From Octopus sinensis (taxonomy: Eukaryota), in NCBI RefSeq assembly GCF_006345805.1, contig NC_042997.1, positions 164,734,001 through 164,798,000 of the forward strand: DNA of 64,000 nt, in the 5' to 3' direction. Numbering within the stretch: the stretch's first letter is position 1; every line of letters begins with the position of its first letter. This document shows, piece by piece, positions 14,326-27,878 of this stretch. Position numbers and translations under genes: made by a program. Below the pieces are notes generated by a model. It was not told the DNA's origin. It worked only from the letters and a program-made list of their open reading frames with translations, and searched no databases.

Positions 14326-14356
14326 ATATATATATAATATATATATATTATATATA

Positions 14357-14389
<33 letters not shown>

Positions 14390-14491
14390 ATAATAATAAT
14401 AATATGCCAACAAAAGAATGAATGAGACCTCGATATTATGTAAAATAGAGGAATTTATCTATAAATATATGTGACAACTAGCTGATTGTCA

Positions 14492-14554
14492 TAATAAAAC
14501 TCAGAGTTTCGGATACCAGAGATGAAGTCCGCTCCCGCATCTCATCATTTATTA
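14492..14554 (-). ncRNA. Type I hammerhead motif with C3A lesion
   Basis: Minus strand: TAATAA-ATGATGA-GATGC..GTATC-C-GAAA-CTCTGAG-T-T-TTATTA. 6-bp stem I, 5-bp stem II, palindromic ACTC(T)GAGT stem III. Confidence 0.6.
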
Positions 14555-14789
14555 AGACAAAACGCTATGGAAAATAAAGGGAAATTACTCCAGTAGGCAT
14601 GGGGAAAGTAATACTTCATTCATAGAATCCGCATATGCACACATACACACACATACATGTAAGCACACACACACACATGTATGCATATATATCTATATAC
14701 ATACTCACACACGGATGTACATATACATACAAACACACTCAAATCTACTCATGCACGCATCACTACGCTCATATATACATCTCTATCTA

Positions 14790-14848
<59 letters not shown>

Positions 14849-14865
14849 ATCTATCTATCTATCTA

Positions 14866-14914
<49 letters not shown>

Positions 14915-14918
<4 letters not shown>

Positions 14919-15075
14919 AAAGTTTACGAACAAACACAAAAGACGAAGACAGGTGGTGTACAAAACAAACAGATGTATTAGTATAACGCTCAGGAATAGA
15001 AAAAGTCTTTTACGTTTCGAGCCTACGCTCTTCTACAGAAAAGGACACAGAAAAAACAAGGAGAGAAAAAAAGGA
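14915..15075 (-). mobile_element. About 160-bp HHR-bearing repeat, copy 1 (HHR motif 15005-15043 on minus strand)
   Basis: Closely similar inverted copy at 17901-18058. Minus strand reads CTTTT-CTGTAGA-A-GAGC-gtag-GCTC-GAAA-CG-TA-AAAG. Abuts a (TA)n array. Confidence 0.75.
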
Positions 15076-15091
15076 GAGAATATATAGACTG

Positions 15092-15440
15092 ATAACAGTT
15101 GACAAAATACATCGTACAATTTATTTCGTTCGGTTAATCTAAGTTAAGCTCTAACTGCACAGAATTTGATAAAATAAAATACAAGTAATATGCTAATGTC
15201 GATATAAACAAATAGGCGAAAAAGAGAAATCAATTGTTTATATAAATTATATAATTTAGAATTTAAAAAACTTAAAAGAAAACACTTAATAATAAATTAC
15301 CAACGCAAGACTTAGCTTTCGCGTGTGTGTATGTGTGTATGTGTGTATATATATAATTCGTTATTATTTCCCACTTTATGAGTGATAACTTATGCACAAT
15401 TTTATATATAATTATATATATATATTGTATATATAGGGAG

Positions 15441-15496
<56 letters not shown>

Positions 15497-15635
15497 ATAT
15501 AATCCGTTGTTATTTCCCATTTATGAGTGATAACTTATGCACAATTTTAAATTAGAAATTTGAAAAATTCAAAGAATAATGTAGAGAAGTTGTACTGAGC
15601 TGAAGAACACTTTGGTTATAAACGTAATGGCTATG
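15092..15635 (+). repeat. Old unclassified repeat present as an inverted pair; partner segments at 16340-16435 and 18076-18330
   Basis: 15092-15323 matches the reverse complement of 18076-18330, and 15545-15635 matches the reverse complement of 16340-16435. Confidence 0.7.
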
Positions 15636-15961
15636 ATTATGGAAAGTACAGAAGCTTCAACAACGAAGTAGAAAGAAATTATTCTATGTTAAAAGCTGTT
15701 ATGAATATTTTTATGCACCCGAAGAGATTTATTAATGTACGAATCAGTAATGTTATGTTATGATAATGTTATGTTAACGGCGGCAGTGCTTTTTCTCAAA
15801 ATTTATAGCATGAGAGATTCGTTCTAAATAAACCCAACTTTTAACTCGAAAGTGGGAAGAGCATGAATATTTATGTGCACGCTTGTATATTTGTACGTAC
15901 GTAAGGTATGTATGTATGTATGTATGTATGTATGTATGTTGTATGTATGTATGTATGTATG

Positions 15962-16002
<41 letters not shown>

Positions 16003-16294
16003 CATTAAAATCACATAGAAAGCCACAATTGACAGCTAAGTACGGAGTACATAGAGTATTATATATATATATATATATAATATATACAAATAAAACTCTT
16101 ACAAGACTAGTACTGTTTCCTTCATCTCAAATATCATATATACGTTTATGCATATACACAATTGTCATACCTAAATATGAGTATATATATAAAATCATAG
16201 CTATATATATGTATATATAATCAAAGCTATATATATTTTATATATATATATAATCATAGCTATATATATTTTATATATATATATAATCATAGCT

Positions 16295-16339
<45 letters not shown>

Positions 16340-16459
16340 CAGTAGCCATTACGTTTATAACAAGTGTTCTTCAGTTTAGTACAACTTTTCTGCATAATTG
16401 TTTGAATTTTTAAAATTTCTAATTTAAAACTTTTCGTAAGGGCAAGTATCTCCTACTAT

Positions 16460-16602
16460 ATAGCTCAGGCTGTCCAAAATCGTGTGAGTGGATTTGGCAG
16501 ACAGAAACTGAAAGAAGCTCGTCGTGTGTGTGTATGTTTGAGTATATATATGCATACATATAGGCATATAATATATATATATATATATATAATATATATA
16601 TA

Positions 16603-16637
<35 letters not shown>

Positions 16638-16933
16638 CGACGAGCTTCTTTCAGTTTTCGTCTACCAAATCAAATCCACTCACAAGATACACACACACAC
16701 ACGTCTGTGTCTCTGTACGTGTCTTTGTGTTTGTTTGTCCCCTCATCACCACTTGACAACAGGTGTTGTTGTGTTTACGTCCCCGTGACATAACGGCTCG
16801 GCAAAAGTTACTGATAGAATAAGTATTAGGCTTTAAAAATATATGAAAAAGTCCTGGAGGTGATTTATTCGACTAAAACTTTTTAAGGCGGTGCCTCAGT
16901 ATGGTTGCAGTCAAATGGCTGAAAACAAAAAAC

Positions 16934-16969
<36 letters not shown>

Positions 16970-17030
16970 GAGTTACTTTGTTCCAGGAGACCGCTCGTAA
17001 ATCGGGGACGTAAACACACCAACACCGGTT
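16460..17030. mobile_element. CORE-type SINE fragments
   Basis: GTGAGTGGATTTGG.AGAC.GAAACTGAAAGAAGC.CGTCG and its reverse complement flank a (TA)n array; 3' half at 16720-16930. Confidence 0.65.
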
Positions 17031-17900
17031 GTAAAGTGAAAAGTTGCAAAGCAGAGCAATAATTTCCCATAGTAGCAATGTTATAAAACGTAATTCTTTC
17101 CCAGGAAAATATGTTATGTATAAAATCTATAATACTCGTAAATAAATGACAATAAAAAAACAGTAGACTGTAAAGAGTATTTTATGTAAAGTTAAAAGAA
17201 TGTCGAGATTATTTAGAATAAAAAAAATATAATTATGATAATCGTTCTCTGTATCATTTCCATTCGCACTAGACTGGTGCACACTATCACTTGTAGACGC
17301 GATCGCCAATTCACAAGCACTCGTGGATGGACTTGTAGATTTCTTTTTACAATTGAGGTATTATTGCCCTGTTTTTGTTACCACTTTAACTCTCCGCAAA
17401 CCCCAAATTTTATTTAATTTGCCTTGCGGGAATGACTGTTTTAACGAAGTCGCGTTTTGTCCCAACGTTCGTAATGCGGAGTAGATAAAACGGGACAACT
17501 GATGAAGGGATTGTTCTTTATGTTGCCTGTCTTGTTTCTCTATTAGTTTCTTTCGTTGTTCAAAAACAAAAGTTCGTTTTCCGAAACTCCTCTTCCCAAC
17601 CCCTCGGAAATCTTTTCCAGCAAATCTTTACATACACACAAGCTACGAGATATAAGCGAATATTTGGTGAAAGTTTCGTTAAAAAGTATCCACTTTTAGG
17701 GAAATTATGAAGCAACAAAGTCGGTGGAGTATTAAACTGTAGTTATGCCTTTTTTCAATAAACGTTAATATTAATGGATCAACGTTAACTTCCGTTACAT
17801 TTTCAAAGAATTAACGGATTAACGAAGTTAACTTTTCGATTAACGGTGCCCACATGTGCACGTATATATATATATATATATATAATATATATATATATAC

Positions 17901-18058
17901 ATTTCTCTCTTTGGGTTTTCTGTGTCACTTTCGGTAGAAGAGCGTAGGCTCGAAACGTAAAAGACGTTTTCTATTCCTGAGCGTTATACTAATACATCTG
18001 TTTGTTTTGTACACCACCTGTCTTCGTCTTTTGCTTTTTTCGTAAACTCTCCCTATAT
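17901..18058 (+). mobile_element. About 160-bp HHR-bearing repeat, copy 2 (HHR motif 17928-17963)
   Basis: CTTT-CGGTAGA-A-GAGC-gtag-GCTC-GAAA-CG-TA-AAAG, flanked by TA-rich microsatellite on both sides. Confidence 0.75.
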
Positions 18059-18499
18059 ACATATATACATATATGCACGAAAATAAGTCATGCATTGTTA
18101 ATTTATTTTTCAGTATGTTTTTCCAAGTTTTCAAATTCTAAATAATATAATTTATATAAACAATTGTTTGCCCTTTTTCGGCTAGTTGTTGCAGAGCAGT
18201 ACAATATATTTGATTCTATTGACATTAGTATTTTACTGGTATTTTATTTCATCAAATTCTGTGGAGTTAGAGCTTAAGTTAGATTAAGCAAAGGAAATAA
18301 ATCATGCGATGTATTTAGTCAGCCGTTATACGTCGGCTTCTTCACTTCTGTGTATACACTTCTGTGGCTGATCTCATGGATATAAAGACACATACTTGCA
18401 AAAGAGACTAAATTGGCGGTTGAATAACGTCCATTATATGAATGATACTTATTATTAAATCAACCCTATTACCTGAACTAGGGGCTGGTTTTAAATTAG

Positions 18500-18550
<51 letters not shown>

Positions 18551-18650
18551 GGAGAGAGAGAGAGAGAGAGAAAAAGAGAGAGATGTATGCTTGGATATGC
18601 TAGAAAGAACAATTACATCTCTCGAATTATACTTAACAGAAAATACTACA

Positions 18651-18699
<49 letters not shown>

Positions 18700-18724
18700 A
18701 TAATAATAATAATGATGATAATAA

Positions 18725-19070
18725 TCCTTTCTACTATAGTCATAAGGGCTGAAATTTAGGGGATGGGGATAGTCGATTACATCAACCCAGTACTCAACTG
18801 GTACCTATTTCATCCCGAAAATATGAAAGGCAAAGTCGACCTCGGCGGAATTTGAACCCAGAAATAATTCTTTCTACCAAAGGCACAAGGCGTGACATTT
18901 TGGGGGAAGGGATTAGTCGATTACATCGATCTCAGGGCTCAACTGGTACTTATTTTATCGACCCTGAAAGGATGAAAGGCAAAGTTGACCTCGACGGAAT
19001 TTGAGCTTAGAACGTAAAGACGTACGAAATGCCAACAAGCATTTTGTCCGGCGTGCTAACAATTCTGCCT
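18725..19070 (-). mobile_element. Two decayed Nin-domain SINEs
   Basis: Two GAAAGGCAAAGT.GACCTCG.CGGAATTTGA motifs. Confidence 0.7.
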
Positions 19071-21257
19071 TTCAGAAATACTAAACTCACTTGATTCGGA
19101 CAAACTTGGAATCTGTCAATTCCTTGGTTATAAGCCTGATGAAGAAACACTCGAAGTAAGCTCAATAACGAAGATTCCGGCCATAATTGAAACTTACAAA
19201 CCACACGAAAACTGTATTCAGACAGGATCAATTCAACAGAAAATTTTAATGAAAGCGATAAATTGCAATATAGTCTGATGACTGTGATAAATGTGGCTCA
19301 TTCTAGCGAAGTAGATCTGTAGATGGCGGATGAAATCATTCAGAATGTCTCGAGAGAGAATCGGGAGAATTTCCTGTTCAGCAGATAAGCAAGTGACGAA
19401 AGGTTAATCATGGCAAGGCGAAAAATATAAAAAAAAATGGAGGCATAAATATGAAAAAAAGTAAATAAGGAAACAGATGTTAGTGTGTAATTTATATTGC
19501 AATAAAAACGTGTTGGACTAGATGAGAACTGTGTGGCAGAGGGAAAGAACGACCGGTAAAGTGGGGAAGGAGAGAGAGAGAGAAGTGAGAAGAGGGGCAG
19601 AGAGATATAAAGTAGAAAAAATATCGATCTCTTAAATGAATGCGGAGTACAAGTATACATGAATGACCCTTGCTACTGGACTAGTACTTCTCAAATCGAC
19701 TTCATTAATTGAACTAATGCTGGATTTTGAAGTAAAAGCAGATGGTGCAGTGCTTATAATCGGAAAAGGTGACATTTCGCTTGAATATCTAGACAATTAG
19801 CTTCATCGCTAATGTTTCAGAAAACATGATATAAGCAAGTAGCTACAAGAAATTGGCGGGGTGATATTTTAAAAATGTATTGATGAAACTAGCTATAGCT
19901 TCGACAAAGCTGGTAGATTTAATTCGTTGCCGTTGTCCACCCTGTTCATATGAGCAAAGAGTCTTTGATCACATTATTCAAGGTGTCCTTTTCGTAGATG
20001 ATGGGGTGAGTTAAGGCAGATTTGGTTGCTACTTCTTGTAGATCGATTGATACGCAACTGCTTCACCGTTGGCATGAAAAGAGGGAGATTGTAGAAGTAT
20101 GTAAACAATGGAAAAATATTTTGTGCTTTGTGAACATTAAACGAAACTGAAAAATTTCAGACCAAATGGGTGGTAGAGACTAAAAACGTAAAGAGATATA
20201 GCTACATACTGCTGGGTATTTAGTCCGTCATTGCTACTGCTGCTTCAACTTAAGTAATATCATTTACAATAATAATTTATAATACTTTTACATGTATTTA
20301 TTGGGAAGAACTTAAATAGTCAAATAAAATTTCTCCGCACATTGTCCGTTTACTAAATTTCTATCATTGGTTTAGGACAATCCATGGCTATGTCAGAAAA
20401 TACTTGCCTGAAATACACCAATTTAGGGCAATAAGCTGGTGAGATCGTTAGGGCGTCAGACGAAATAGATGGCTTCTGGTGTTTAAACCAACTCTTTTTG
20501 TTCTGATATCAAATCCTACTGCCGCCTACTTGGGTTGCAAAGTTAATCTATCATCCAGTTTAATACCACCATCTGGCCTTTGGAATCCTCTCTGTTGCAA
20601 GCATCCGTGTCACATCTCCCATGGGAAGATAACTTCCTCCCACTCTTCAGCCAGCCTCGGAGGTCTGGTTAAGAATTACCGGGTACTGCCATCTCTCCCT
20701 CTAAGTGCTAAAGTGGACATACAGTCCCACAACCCACCACAGACAATATATTTTCCTTACTCGAAACTGCGTCAAGCAAAGTTCATAGGCCATACTTAGG
20801 ATCAGGTTGAGAGAAACTTTGGAGTAATATTAATACAGGAAAAACTCTCTCTCACTATACATACATACACACACACACATATGAAGGTCATTTGTAATGG
20901 TTGGTCACAGAGTGACCACTGGATTCGCACCTATGAAGCGTTTATCTGTAAAGGTGTCTCGTCAGACCTAAATGACCGGAGGCACATAACCTCTCTACAA
21001 CTAGAGGGAGGAAATACGTTATAGTCAGTTAATTTTGTACACAAACATTTCCGGTATCGACCAGACTGTCAGATACTGTGATGCACTGCTGGTCACCATG
21101 CGCTTCATCGTATTGTTGTAGCTTTCGAATGATGCCACCCTGCAATTCTCCTTGATCGGAACGTTAGTCTGTAGCAGACTTACCTATTTACGCTCGCGTG
21201 TACATTTAAAATAATGGCAATAAAATAACTGACAAAAGAGGTAAATGAAATCGGATA

Positions 21258-21344
<87 letters not shown>

Positions 21345-22797
21345 GTCTGTCTGTCTGGCTGTCTATCTACCTACCTACCTACCTGTCTGTCTGTCTATTT
21401 ATCTGCCTGTCAGCCCGTTCGTCCGTGTATGTATGTATGTATCTCGCTATTAATCTACACAGACTATAACTACAATAATGAATGTAAGTAATTCATTTAG
21501 TTACACAAATGCTGAAATATTCTGAGAATGTATTCGATTATAAAAAGAAAAAAAAGCGAGAAAGAAAGAAAGATAACAACCAAAGCTATCTACGTTAAAT
21601 GAGTATTTTTCATATTAATTCTGAAACTCAATGTAAAAGTTGACTAAATTTTATCACTATTAAACAACCCATGCGAGTGGCTTTTACAAGTCGTTTTCTG
21701 TAATGTTAATATAGCATTGAGTGCAGAACTACAACAAAAAGATATTAAAACTATATCATTCCAAAATACAGCTCGTAAAATATATTTTGTATATCAGCAT
21801 ACAATAACAATTTCGCTAGGTATACAAGTGAATGATGATATTAAAAATATGAGGATTATTTTTTTTTTGCAAAATAAATTTCACAAAAATAGGAAAGAAA
21901 AAGACAAACTTTTAGAGCAGAGAAAGAAATTTCTTAAAGGAACATAAATTTTAAAATAATTTGAGATTCATATAATTACGTTTACCTATACGTATATACG
22001 AGCACAAACACGCGCATACACATGTATCTCTCTCCTCTCCCCCTCTCTGTCTATTTAGACCTATATAAACACACTCATATTAGTGTACATATGAATGTAT
22101 GCATGTATGTATGTATGCATGAATGTGTGTATGTCTCTCGCTCTCTGCACATTTATATACACACACATACACCCCTACACTTGGCTATGTGCGTTTGTCT
22201 GTGTGTATATATCTATACATGTATATCTATCTATCTATCTATCTATCTATGACTACTCAAACACACACAAGTATATGTGTATGAGTGTATATATGAATGT
22301 ATGTGTGTATGCATGCGTGTATGCATCTCTCTCTCCTCTGTACAATTATCAGTACACACGCAAGAGGGAATATTTGTGTGTGTGTATACATATGTGTGTG
22401 TGTGTGTGTGTGTTTGTGTGTGCACACCCCCATCCGCGCACACACACACCTGTACGCACACACCTGTACACGCACACATGCACACACTCACACAAACACA
22501 CACATACACGCGCACGTACTCATGGGGAAACAAAATTAATCAAACAGGTTTTTTTTTGTAAATTTGGAGCATAAGTGTGTAATATGTGCTGAAATTTAGA
22601 TAATTCGCCCCAAACGCTGAAATGCTTTCTTTACACGCTTTTACTAGCATTTTTCCAGAGAAAAACAAAATCTTGTTTTATGAAGTTACGTAATGAGTTT
22701 TAAGAAGAAAAGCGAAGTTCCATGAATTTTCACATTTTCATCATCTATCTTTAGGGTTAAAATCACAGTTAAGGCAGTAGAAATTAAAATCGTAAAT

Positions 22798-23240
22798 TTA
22801 GGCGCAGGCATGGCTCTGTGGTTAAGAAGTTCGTTTTGAAGCTCCTTAGTTACAGGTTCTGTCATATTTGGCGACAACTTGGACAAGTGCCTTCTCCTAC
22901 AGCTCCCTAGATGGCCAATGTCTTGTGAGTGAATTTGCTAGATCGAAACTATGGATACCCGTCGTGTATGTATGTGTGTGTGTGTGTGTGTGTGTATTTG
23001 TGTGTGTGTATGTGTGTGTGTGTGTTGTGTCAACCTGTGCTTGTGCCCTCACTTCTTGATAACGGGTGTAGGTTAGCTTACGTCTCCGTGACTTAGCGGA
23101 TCGTCAAAAGATTCCGATAGGATAAATACTAGACTTACAAAATAAATGCTGGAGTCGATTTATCGACTTGAAACCAGTTAAGGTTTGTGCTCCAACACGG
23201 CCACAGTTCAGTGACAGATACAAGTGAAAGATGAAAGCTA
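22798..23240 (+). mobile_element. Diverged CORE-type SINE
   Basis: TAGGCGCAGGCATGGCTCTGTGGTTAAGAAG head, AACTTGGACAAGTGCCTTC, and 3' GTCGATTTATCGAC. Confidence 0.65.
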
Positions 23241-23602
23241 GAAGTGGATAGCTCTTATTCTGAATAATTCTTTAGAATAAAACAAAGTTTGTAAAAAGCA
23301 TTTAAAACACATAAAGTGTACGTTCAAGTTTCTTTTTATCGGAAGTGTACAATAAGTTTCTTTTAAAGTTAAAATTAAAGTTTGTGCGTAAATAGTTTTA
23401 ATTACAACCTCAAAAGCAAGATTAATTCACGTTCTTTTTTTTTTCGTTGTGTTAGATAAGAACGGAAATTGCATGTCGTAGTTGATATTAAAAGACAAAT
23501 TGAAATAGGCACACCATTTTAAAATCCATATGGTAGTGAAGCACATGAGTTTACTGCCAACATCCAGCCCCCCCCCCTATACAAACTTATATATATATAT
23601 AT

Positions 23603-23916
23603 AAATGGCACTCCGTCAGTTCCGATGACGAGGGTTCCAGTTGATCCGATCAACAGAACAGCCTGCTCGTGAAGTTAACGTGCAAGTGGTTGAGCACTCC
23701 ACAGGCACAAGTACCCTTAACGTAGTTCTCAGGGAGATTCAGTATTATACAGAATGTGATAAGGCTAGCCCTTTGAAATACAAGTACTACTCATTTGCCA
23801 GCTGAGTGGACTGGAGCAACGTGAAATAAAGTGTCTCGTTCAAGGACACAACAGGCCGCCGTGAATCGAACTCACGACCTTACGATCGTGAGCCGAATAC
23901 CCTAACCACTAATCCA
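23603..23916 (-). mobile_element. tRNA-derived SINE with Meta-like domain
   Basis: Minus strand: AGTGGTTAGGGTATTCGGCTCACGATCGTAAGGTCGTGAGTTCGATTC (A/B boxes), then TGTCCTTGAACGAGACACTTTATTTCACGTTGCTCCAGTCCACTCAGCTG. Ends at (TA)n. Confidence 0.75.
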
Positions 23917-24216
23917 CGCATTTTTACCCAGAAACTTACACAGTAGACCCAGAAATGCCGCCCCTATAAAAGCGTCGCCCGAGGCGGACCACACTACTCG
24001 CCTCTCGTTAGCTACGCTGTTGCCTAAGATAATGTACAAATACTGATGATAGAAGACTGAATTTCTTATTTCGGAAGTGTACTTGCCAGGAAAATGATTT
24101 GATTTGAGACCGTGCGTTGAAACTAAAACGATTGCAGCGTGAAAGACACATATTAAGCCATTTAAAAACACACAAAGGCTGTCGACTTCACTTAAACATT
24201 TATTATTTGGTTTCAA

Positions 24217-24410
24217 TAAGGCAGCGAACCGGCAGATTCATTAGCACGCTGGGCAAGATGCTTAGCGGCATTTCGTCCGCCTTTACGATCTGAGTTCAAA
24301 TTCTGCCGAGGTTGACTTTACCTTTCATCTTCTCGGGCACTGGGGTCGACGTAATCGAATTACCTCTTCCTTCGAAATTACTGACCTTGTGCCAAAATTT
24401 GAAATCATTA
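24217..24410 (+). mobile_element. Nin-domain SINE with internal deletion
   Basis: AAGGCAGCGAACCGGCAG head, GAGTTCAAATTC, GGGGTCGACGTAATCGA. Confidence 0.7.
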
Positions 24411-24624
24411 TTTGGTGTTTACATCTGCAGCAACCCATCTGTAACCTGGTCGATGGCGGTAAAGTCAAGAGGATCAAGGCTTAATCCTCGATTATTTCCA
24501 GAGAAACCATCAGTTATCTGGCCGATAACCGAAGAAGAGTTGGTGACCTTCTATGTTTTCAGTTCGTCTGTGTATTTAGTATATATTCGTATGTTTATTT
24601 ACTACACGTTTTTTAAAAATTATA

Positions 24625-24693
<69 letters not shown>

Positions 24694-25835
24694 ACATACA
24701 GATATGTCACATTTTCCGTTTGTTGTCTTTTCATTTAATCCTGAAAATATTATTTATGCTACGCAAGCACTCATTAATTTTTTTACCCCCGATATTATAT
24801 ATATAATGCATGTGTGTGTGTGTGTGTGTATAAAGTCAGTAATGTACAAACATTTATTTGGATTTTTTTGTAGACATTGAGGGATTGCATACTTCTAGTG
24901 TAAATAATACCTGTGACTACTAAAATCAATGAAGTAGGAGCTATTATACTGAATATAATAAACTAAGAAATTTAACAGAATAAAACGACATTACTCGTAG
25001 AAGGTTAGAAAAGAACAAAATATTCTGTTCTCTGGTTGTGTCGACACAGAACCAAATGTTAGACTCACTCCTCATTGCTTGCACTTTTGATTAATTAATT
25101 TTAATCAATTCAAATACTGGGGTTACCTCCCTTACTTTTTTCCCCACAAATAGTTATTAATAAAATTTTCTCTCTCATCAATACGGGTGCAATTTTCAAT
25201 CAAATTTCAATTAAAATTTCTTGCTTCACGACATCAAACATATTAACGCCTACACTGTGGCTGTGTTATTTCCAATAATGGCGCTCATCCACAATCTACT
25301 CGTCAGTTTACATATTTCGTTGTATTTATTATCATTGTATATTATGTTCGCCACCTAGACCTACTTTAAAATCATATATGAATGAACTAGTGTATATCTG
25401 TTGTGGTAACTCAATCTGTGGCAACTCAGTGATAATATCTCATTGCCAAAATAACGATGAAAACACACCAGCAATAGGTGAACATATCAGTAAACTAACA
25501 GTTGCCACTGAACAAATGTAAATTATCATATAGAAGCATAACCGACGAACGGATTTATTTTTAGGCGAAACATGAACGAGCGCGCGTGCGCACACACACT
25601 TGTTTACAGAGAGGAAGAGATAGAGATAGAGAGAGGGAGGAGACAAAGGTAGTAGAAAAAATGGAATTGTGAGAGTGGGTGTTAGAGTGACAAAGAAATG
25701 GAAAAAGAAAAGCAATATAAATGAATATATATATGTGTGTGCGTGTATGTACGCATACATATATACATACGTAGAATATATATATATATATATGTGTGTG
25801 TGTGTTGTGTGTGTGTGTGCGTGTGTGTGTATATT

Positions 25836-25915
<80 letters not shown>

Positions 25916-26589
25916 ATAGATAGATAGATAGATCAGTAGGGTGATAGATAAATAAATAGAGAGGAGGAGGAAGAAGAGGGCTGTGGAAGGTAATATGTGT
26001 TGGGAAATGCTATTGTTTCTCTGTCTGTCTGTCTGTCTCTTTCTCCCCACTCTCTCTCTCTAATATAATGATATATAAATTTAGATAGACAAAGAATCCA
26101 TTTTGTGATTGGTTGATTTCAAAGAACAGTAAACGACTCCGTTAATGGCGATCTCAACGGAAGAGAGGAAGTAAAACGTTTAATGAGATATTTACAAATA
26201 ACAAGACCAGGTGTTTGTGTGTTTGTGTGTGTGTGTTTGTTTGTGTATGTGCGTGTGTGTTTGTGTGAATATAGTAGGGAAATATACTAAAATTACTATA
26301 ATGATATACACCCGGAGGGTACAATAAAAATGAGAAAGAAATGTATGACAGGAAATTACAGTGAGATAAATAGCTAGCTAGATAGATAAATAGATTGATA
26401 GACAGATATATAGATAGCTAGTAGATAGATAGATAGATAGATACATGCATACTTATATACATGCATACATAAGAAGCAAGAACAAAACAAGGAGTTTCTA
26501 GTTGGAATGGTAATTTCTGGGGGTTAAAAGGACCAGAAAAAAGGACTAAATCTATTTCATTATTCAGTACTGGAAAGGCGTTAAATGGA

Positions 26590-26659
<70 letters not shown>

Positions 26660-26749
26660 AGGGAGTGGGAGGCAGACGAGAAGAAAAATAGATAGAGACG
26701 ATAAACATGGAGAAATTGATCTATGTATGTATCTGTCGGTCTACGTATG

Positions 26750-27878
26750 CACCTAGCATCATAGCATCATAATTTTGAAATATCTATAAAATCGTCAAAA
26801 GCTTGTTTATTTTTATGTTTTTTGATTTATTATTAGTGTTGCTAAATATGTTTTGCTAAATATGTTTTGCTAAAATTGCTTTTTCTTTTCAGATAACATC
26901 AGAAAAAGGTAATTAAAATTCATTAAGGTGATAGATCTATCGGACTTTCAAAGAGGGCAAATTGTTGGTGCTCGTATAGCAGGTGCTAGCGTAACGAAAA
27001 CAGCCGATAAGTTTAGTGTATCAAAAAGTACTGTCTCGAAAGCAATGACAGCCTTTGAGAAAGATGGAAAAACCTCCTCGTCGAAACAAAACTCCGGAAG
27101 AAAACCAAAATTCTCAGATAGGGACCGTCGGACTCTTACTCGAATTGTTAGAAAGGATCACAAAACTACAGCTCCCAAAATTACTGCAGAGCAGAGCTTA
27201 ATGACCACCTCGAGAACCCAGTTTCCACAAAAACTGTTCAAAGCCGGATTTCATGGGAGGGTTGCAATCAGAAAACCACTACTTTCAAAAACAAACGTTG
27301 CAAAGCATTTAGTAGGAGTAAAAAACCTACAGAATTGGTCCTTAGATCAGTGGAAGAATGTTATTTTCTCGCACGAGTCATTCTTTACTTTATTTCCTAC
27401 CACCGGCCGAGTATACGTGTGGAGACAGCCAAAAGAAACATTTGACCCAGACTGCCTTCTTCCAACTGTTAAACATGGAGGAGGAGCTTTGATGATCTGG
27501 GGTGGGAGCTATATCTTGGAAATCCCCCGGCCCAATGGTTTCCCTTCATGACAGAATTAATAGTCAAGCATTTTAACTGATCAAATTAATCTTATAGTTG
27601 CGGAAGTGCTTCCGGAGGGAAACCCAATCTCTCAGGATGATAATGCACCAATTCACACCGCTAAAGTTGTTAGTGAATGGCACGTTGAACTTTCTAGTGA
27701 AGTTGAGCATCTTATCTGGTCACCACAGTCCCCAGATCTCAATATTATTGGACATTTATGGTGCATTTTAGAAAAAATAAGTAAAGAGTCGATATCCTCC
27801 ACTACCATCACTACAAGAACTGGAGACTGTTTTAGCTGAAGAATGGACAAAAATTCCTTTGGAAACAATTCAAACTTT
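26750..27878 (+). mobile_element. Tc1-like DNA transposon with DD36E spacing; truncated, transposase disrupted
   Basis: ORFs 26928-27551 (paired-like HTH, GRKPK, KHGGG..MIWG) and 27606-27839 (QDDNAPIH...SPDLNII). Second D at 27639 and the E-position codon (GGA) at 27750 are 36 codons apart. No TIRs seen. Confidence 0.93.

Noticed and set aside
15350-16300. Local duplications (about 55 bp at 15350 and 15495; about 30-bp minisatellite at 16195-16300; similar ones at 6100-6420, 8830-9070 and 58770-58950)
   Set aside because: Ordinary slippage products embedded in microsatellite tracts.
19130-19170. CTGATGA-A-GA..TC-GAAG as an HHR
   Set aside because: GAAA is broken, stem II has only 2 bp and there is no stem III.
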